64,000 bases of DNA from NCBI GenBank assembly GCA_963784355.1, contig CAWAQU010000003.1, positions 1-64,000 on the forward strand. The letters are read 5' to 3'. Within the stretch, counting starts at the first letter, position 1. Every line of letters starts with the position of its first letter. Positions 61,530 through 64,000 of the stretch are shown in pieces. The notes under the pieces are model-generated. The model was not told the DNA's origin. It made no database searches and saw nothing but the letters and a program-made list of their open reading frames with translations. Made by a program: the position numbers and the translations under genes. Source of the stretch: an uncultured bacterium. Its GTDB lineage: Bacteria > Patescibacteriota > JACMRA01.

Positions 61530-64000
61530 TTACAGCTGTTCCAAATACCCTTTTAACTCACTTAAAAGTACTTTTTCCTCCTTTTCCTTAGTACGCACGC
61601 TAACTTGATCATTTTCAGCATCTTTTGGTCCTACAATCAAAATTACAGGCACTTTCTCCATTTCAGCCTCCCTGATTTTTTTACCTAAAGACTCACTTCT
61701 GTCATCCAGCTCATAACGCAATTCGTTATATTTTAAAGGCTTCATCAAAACCACTTCTGAGAGTACTTCCTGCACCTTTGCCACATAGTCATTTACTTTG
61801 TCATTTATTGTTAAAATTTTAACCTGAGTTGGAGCCAGCCACAGTGGAAATCTACCACCGTAAAATTCTACTAGAAAAGCGAATAATCTTTCTATTGCTC
61901 CAATTGATGAGCGATGAACTACTACAGCTTCTTTTTCATTTTGCTCACTATCAAAGTACGATAAATTAAATCTTTTAGGCATTACAAAATCGTACTGCAC
62001 AGTAAATGCTGTGTCTTCTTTGCCATTTACATTTGTCATCTGAATATCAATTTTTGGACCATAGAAGGCAGCTTCAGCTTCAGCTTCATAAAAAGGCGCA
62101 CTTCTTTCAACTAATACTTCCCTTAATGCCTGTTCAGCTGTACCCCACGCATTATCATCCTTAAAGTATTTTTTATCATCATTTCTATCTCCAAGAGACA
62201 ATCTGTAACGGTAATTCTGGCCTTTTGTAAGTCCAAAAACTTCAGCGCAATACTCGATTAAATCTAAAGCCCCGTTTACTTCTTGTTTTACTTGTTCAGG
62301 AGTGCATACAATATGTGAATCTGCTAAACAAAAACTTCTTACCCTGATTAATCCAGATAACGCTCCAGAATCTTCATAGCGATACAATTTAGCAAGCTCG
62401 GCAATACGCATTGGTAACTCTCTGTAGCTTCTTGGTTTATCTAAATAAATTTGAAAATGATGTGGGCAAGTCATCGGCCTCAACATGTATTTGTCATTAT
62501 CTATTTCAATTGGAGCATACATTGAATCTTTATAGTATGGATAGTGTCCTGACTTTTCGTAAAGCCCAAGATTTGCCATGTCTGGAGTGTAAACATGTTT
62601 ATAGCCTCGTCTTATTTCCTCCTCTACAATAAATCTTTCCAAAACTCTACGTACAGTAGCACCTTTTTCTAGCCAAAGTGGCAATCCTGCACCAACAATA
62701 TCTGAAAAAGTAAATAGTTCAAGTTGTTTTCCGACTACTCTATGATCCCTCTTTTTAGCTTCTTCCCTGTTGTTAATAAATTCCTGCAATTCTACTTCAG
62801 TGTCATAAACTAAAGCGTAAATACGTTGCATTTGAATATTTCTATCTTGATCCCCACGCCAATAACTACCACTAAATTTATCTAGTTTGAAGCCAAATGA
62901 ATTTTTTTCTGCAATTTCTTTAATTTTCTCTTTTTTCATTACCAATTCTATATTTTCCACTTCATTAATTTGCTCAGGGAAAAATTTGATCTTTGATTCT
63001 TTACCGGTTAATTCAAAACCTAAACTCTGATAAAACTTTAATGCTTGCTCATCTTTTTGCCTTCCAGTCTCTAATTTAATTACTTTTTTATCACTCAGTA
63101 CTCTAATAGCCATAGTAACAAGCTCTTTACCTATGCCTTGAGATTGATATTCAGGTTTTATCCAAACAGTCCTTATAATTCCGTCATTTGGTGCAGAACT
63201 TACGCCAATAATTTTGTTCTCATATTCAGCAACAAAGTATTTACTTGTTTTAAAATACTCAATCAGTCTATTTGCTTTTTCTTCAGTATAGTCCTTTTCT
63301 ATCATTTCTTTAGTAATACCATAGTTTTCCCCAACAAAAGCATCAACCATAGCCGCTTTTTGCACTTCGAGAATGTTAGGAATATCTTCTATTTTAGCTG
63401 TTCTTAGCTTAATTGTTTTACCCTCTTTAGAAATATAGTTTTTTAAATATTCAATTTCACCAATATCAGCAATATGCGGACCTTTACACAGATCCTCAAA
63501 CAAAATTTCCCCTGTGTTTTCATCTACTATTCTGTAAACTGTGATTTTTGGTAACTTTGTATTAATATTAATATTTTCCTTTTTTAAGATCATTCTTTGT
63601 ATAGGCATGAATTTATTCCCCACTGGAAAATTTTCTGCTTTTTCTAAATACTTAAACCCGAGTTTTTCATAAAATTTGATTGCCTGATTATTATAACTAA
63701 CTACATCTGCGATCATGTCTTTTTGATTCCCAAAATACTCAACAGCTTTGTCCATAAGCCTGGAACCCACACCCTGATTTTGGAAATTAGGATCAACATA
63801 TAATGCATGTGGCTGATTCCAAGGAGCTTGGGGATCATTTTTTAAGATTATAAAACCAACAATCTGACCGTTTTTTTCAGCTACAAAATAAGTAAAGCTA
63901 TTGTCTACAGCATCTTTTCGAAATTTATCCTGCCATCTTTGCAATTTCTGACTCCAATCCTTATTTTCAATATCTTCAACGGTAATATCATGTTCTTCAT
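61530..64000 (-). CDS. thrS: Threonyl-tRNA synthetase with two inserted GNAT domains (5' end outside the window)
   Basis: DLCKGPH, YWRGD, RDHR, RPMTCPHH, YRYE, AFYGPKID, VHR, anticodon-binding domain. Confidence 0.95.
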   Translation of the reverse strand, partial: EEHDITVEDIENKDWSQKLQRWQDKFRKDAVDNSFTYFVAEKNGQIVGFIILKNDPQAPWNQPHALYVDPNFQNQGVGSRLMDKAVEYFGNQKDMIADVVSYNNQAIKFYEKLGFKYLEKAENFPVGNKFMPIQRMILKKENININTKLPKITVYRIVDENTGEILFEDLCKGPHIADIGEIEYLKNYISKEGKTIKLRTAKIEDIPNILEVQKAAMVDAFVGENYGITKEMIEKDYTEEKANRLIEYFKTSKYFVAEYENKIIGVSSAPNDGIIRTVWIKPEYQSQGIGKELVTMAIRVLSDKKVIKLETGRQKDEQALKFYQSLGFELTGKESKIKFFPEQINEVENIELVMKKEKIKEIAEKNSFGFKLDKFSGSYWRGDQDRNIQMQRIYALVYDTEVELQEFINNREEAKKRDHRVVGKQLELFTFSDIVGAGLPLWLEKGATVRRVLERFIVEEEIRRGYKHVYTPDMANLGLYEKSGHYPYYKDSMYAPIEIDNDKYMLRPMTCPHHFQIYLDKPRSYRELPMRIAELAKLYRYEDSGALSGLIRVRSFCLADSHIVCTPEQVKQEVNGALDLIEYCAEVFGLTKGQNYRYRLSLGDRNDDKKYFKDDNAWGTAEQALREVLVERSAPFYEAEAEAAFYGPKIDIQMTNVNGKEDTAFTVQYDFVMPKRFNLSYFDSEQNEKEAVVVHRSSIGAIERLFAFLVEFYGGRFPLWLAPTQVKILTINDKVNDYVAKVQEVLSEVVLMKPLKYNELRYELDDRSESLGKKIREAEMEKVPVILIVGPKDAENDQVSVRTKEKEEKVLLSELKGYLEQL

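Overview
AT-rich bacterial DNA read with genetic code 11. Gene content suggests Patescibacteria/CPR, but that is inference. (1) 1-6.4 kb is an error-rich fold-back palindrome centred in an IS5-family transposase, most likely a long-read contig-end artefact. (2) ~3.5-52.5 kb is a conjugative plasmid/ICE-like island lying 3' of tRNA-Asn. It carries umuDC+SRAP, a thermonuclease, an orphan MazF/PemK, a small tyrosine recombinase with Xer/lox-like half-sites, type Ib ParA/partner with heptad repeats, a Rep-like gene, and a Gram-positive-type T4SS operon (pilin, VirB6-like, PrgI-like, VirB4, C39 peptidase, Replic_Relax relaxase, VirD4). (3) The most striking part is two inverted paralogous cassettes (31.3-36.3 kb and 48.2-52.4 kb). 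Each encodes a secreted ~456-aa precursor with a conserved pro-region and a swapped Cys/WWG hydrophobic C-terminal domain, followed by 1-3 tiny two-TM immunity-like genes, an HTH-EgtD-like methyltransferase fusion and an XRE regulator. They bracket a 3000-aa Ig-repeat/M23/lipase protein and an IS982. (4) 52.6-64 kb is host chromosome: tRNA-Asn, DEDDh exonuclease, HAD hydrolase, gyrA, UDG, and a thrS with two GNAT domains inserted in its editing domain.
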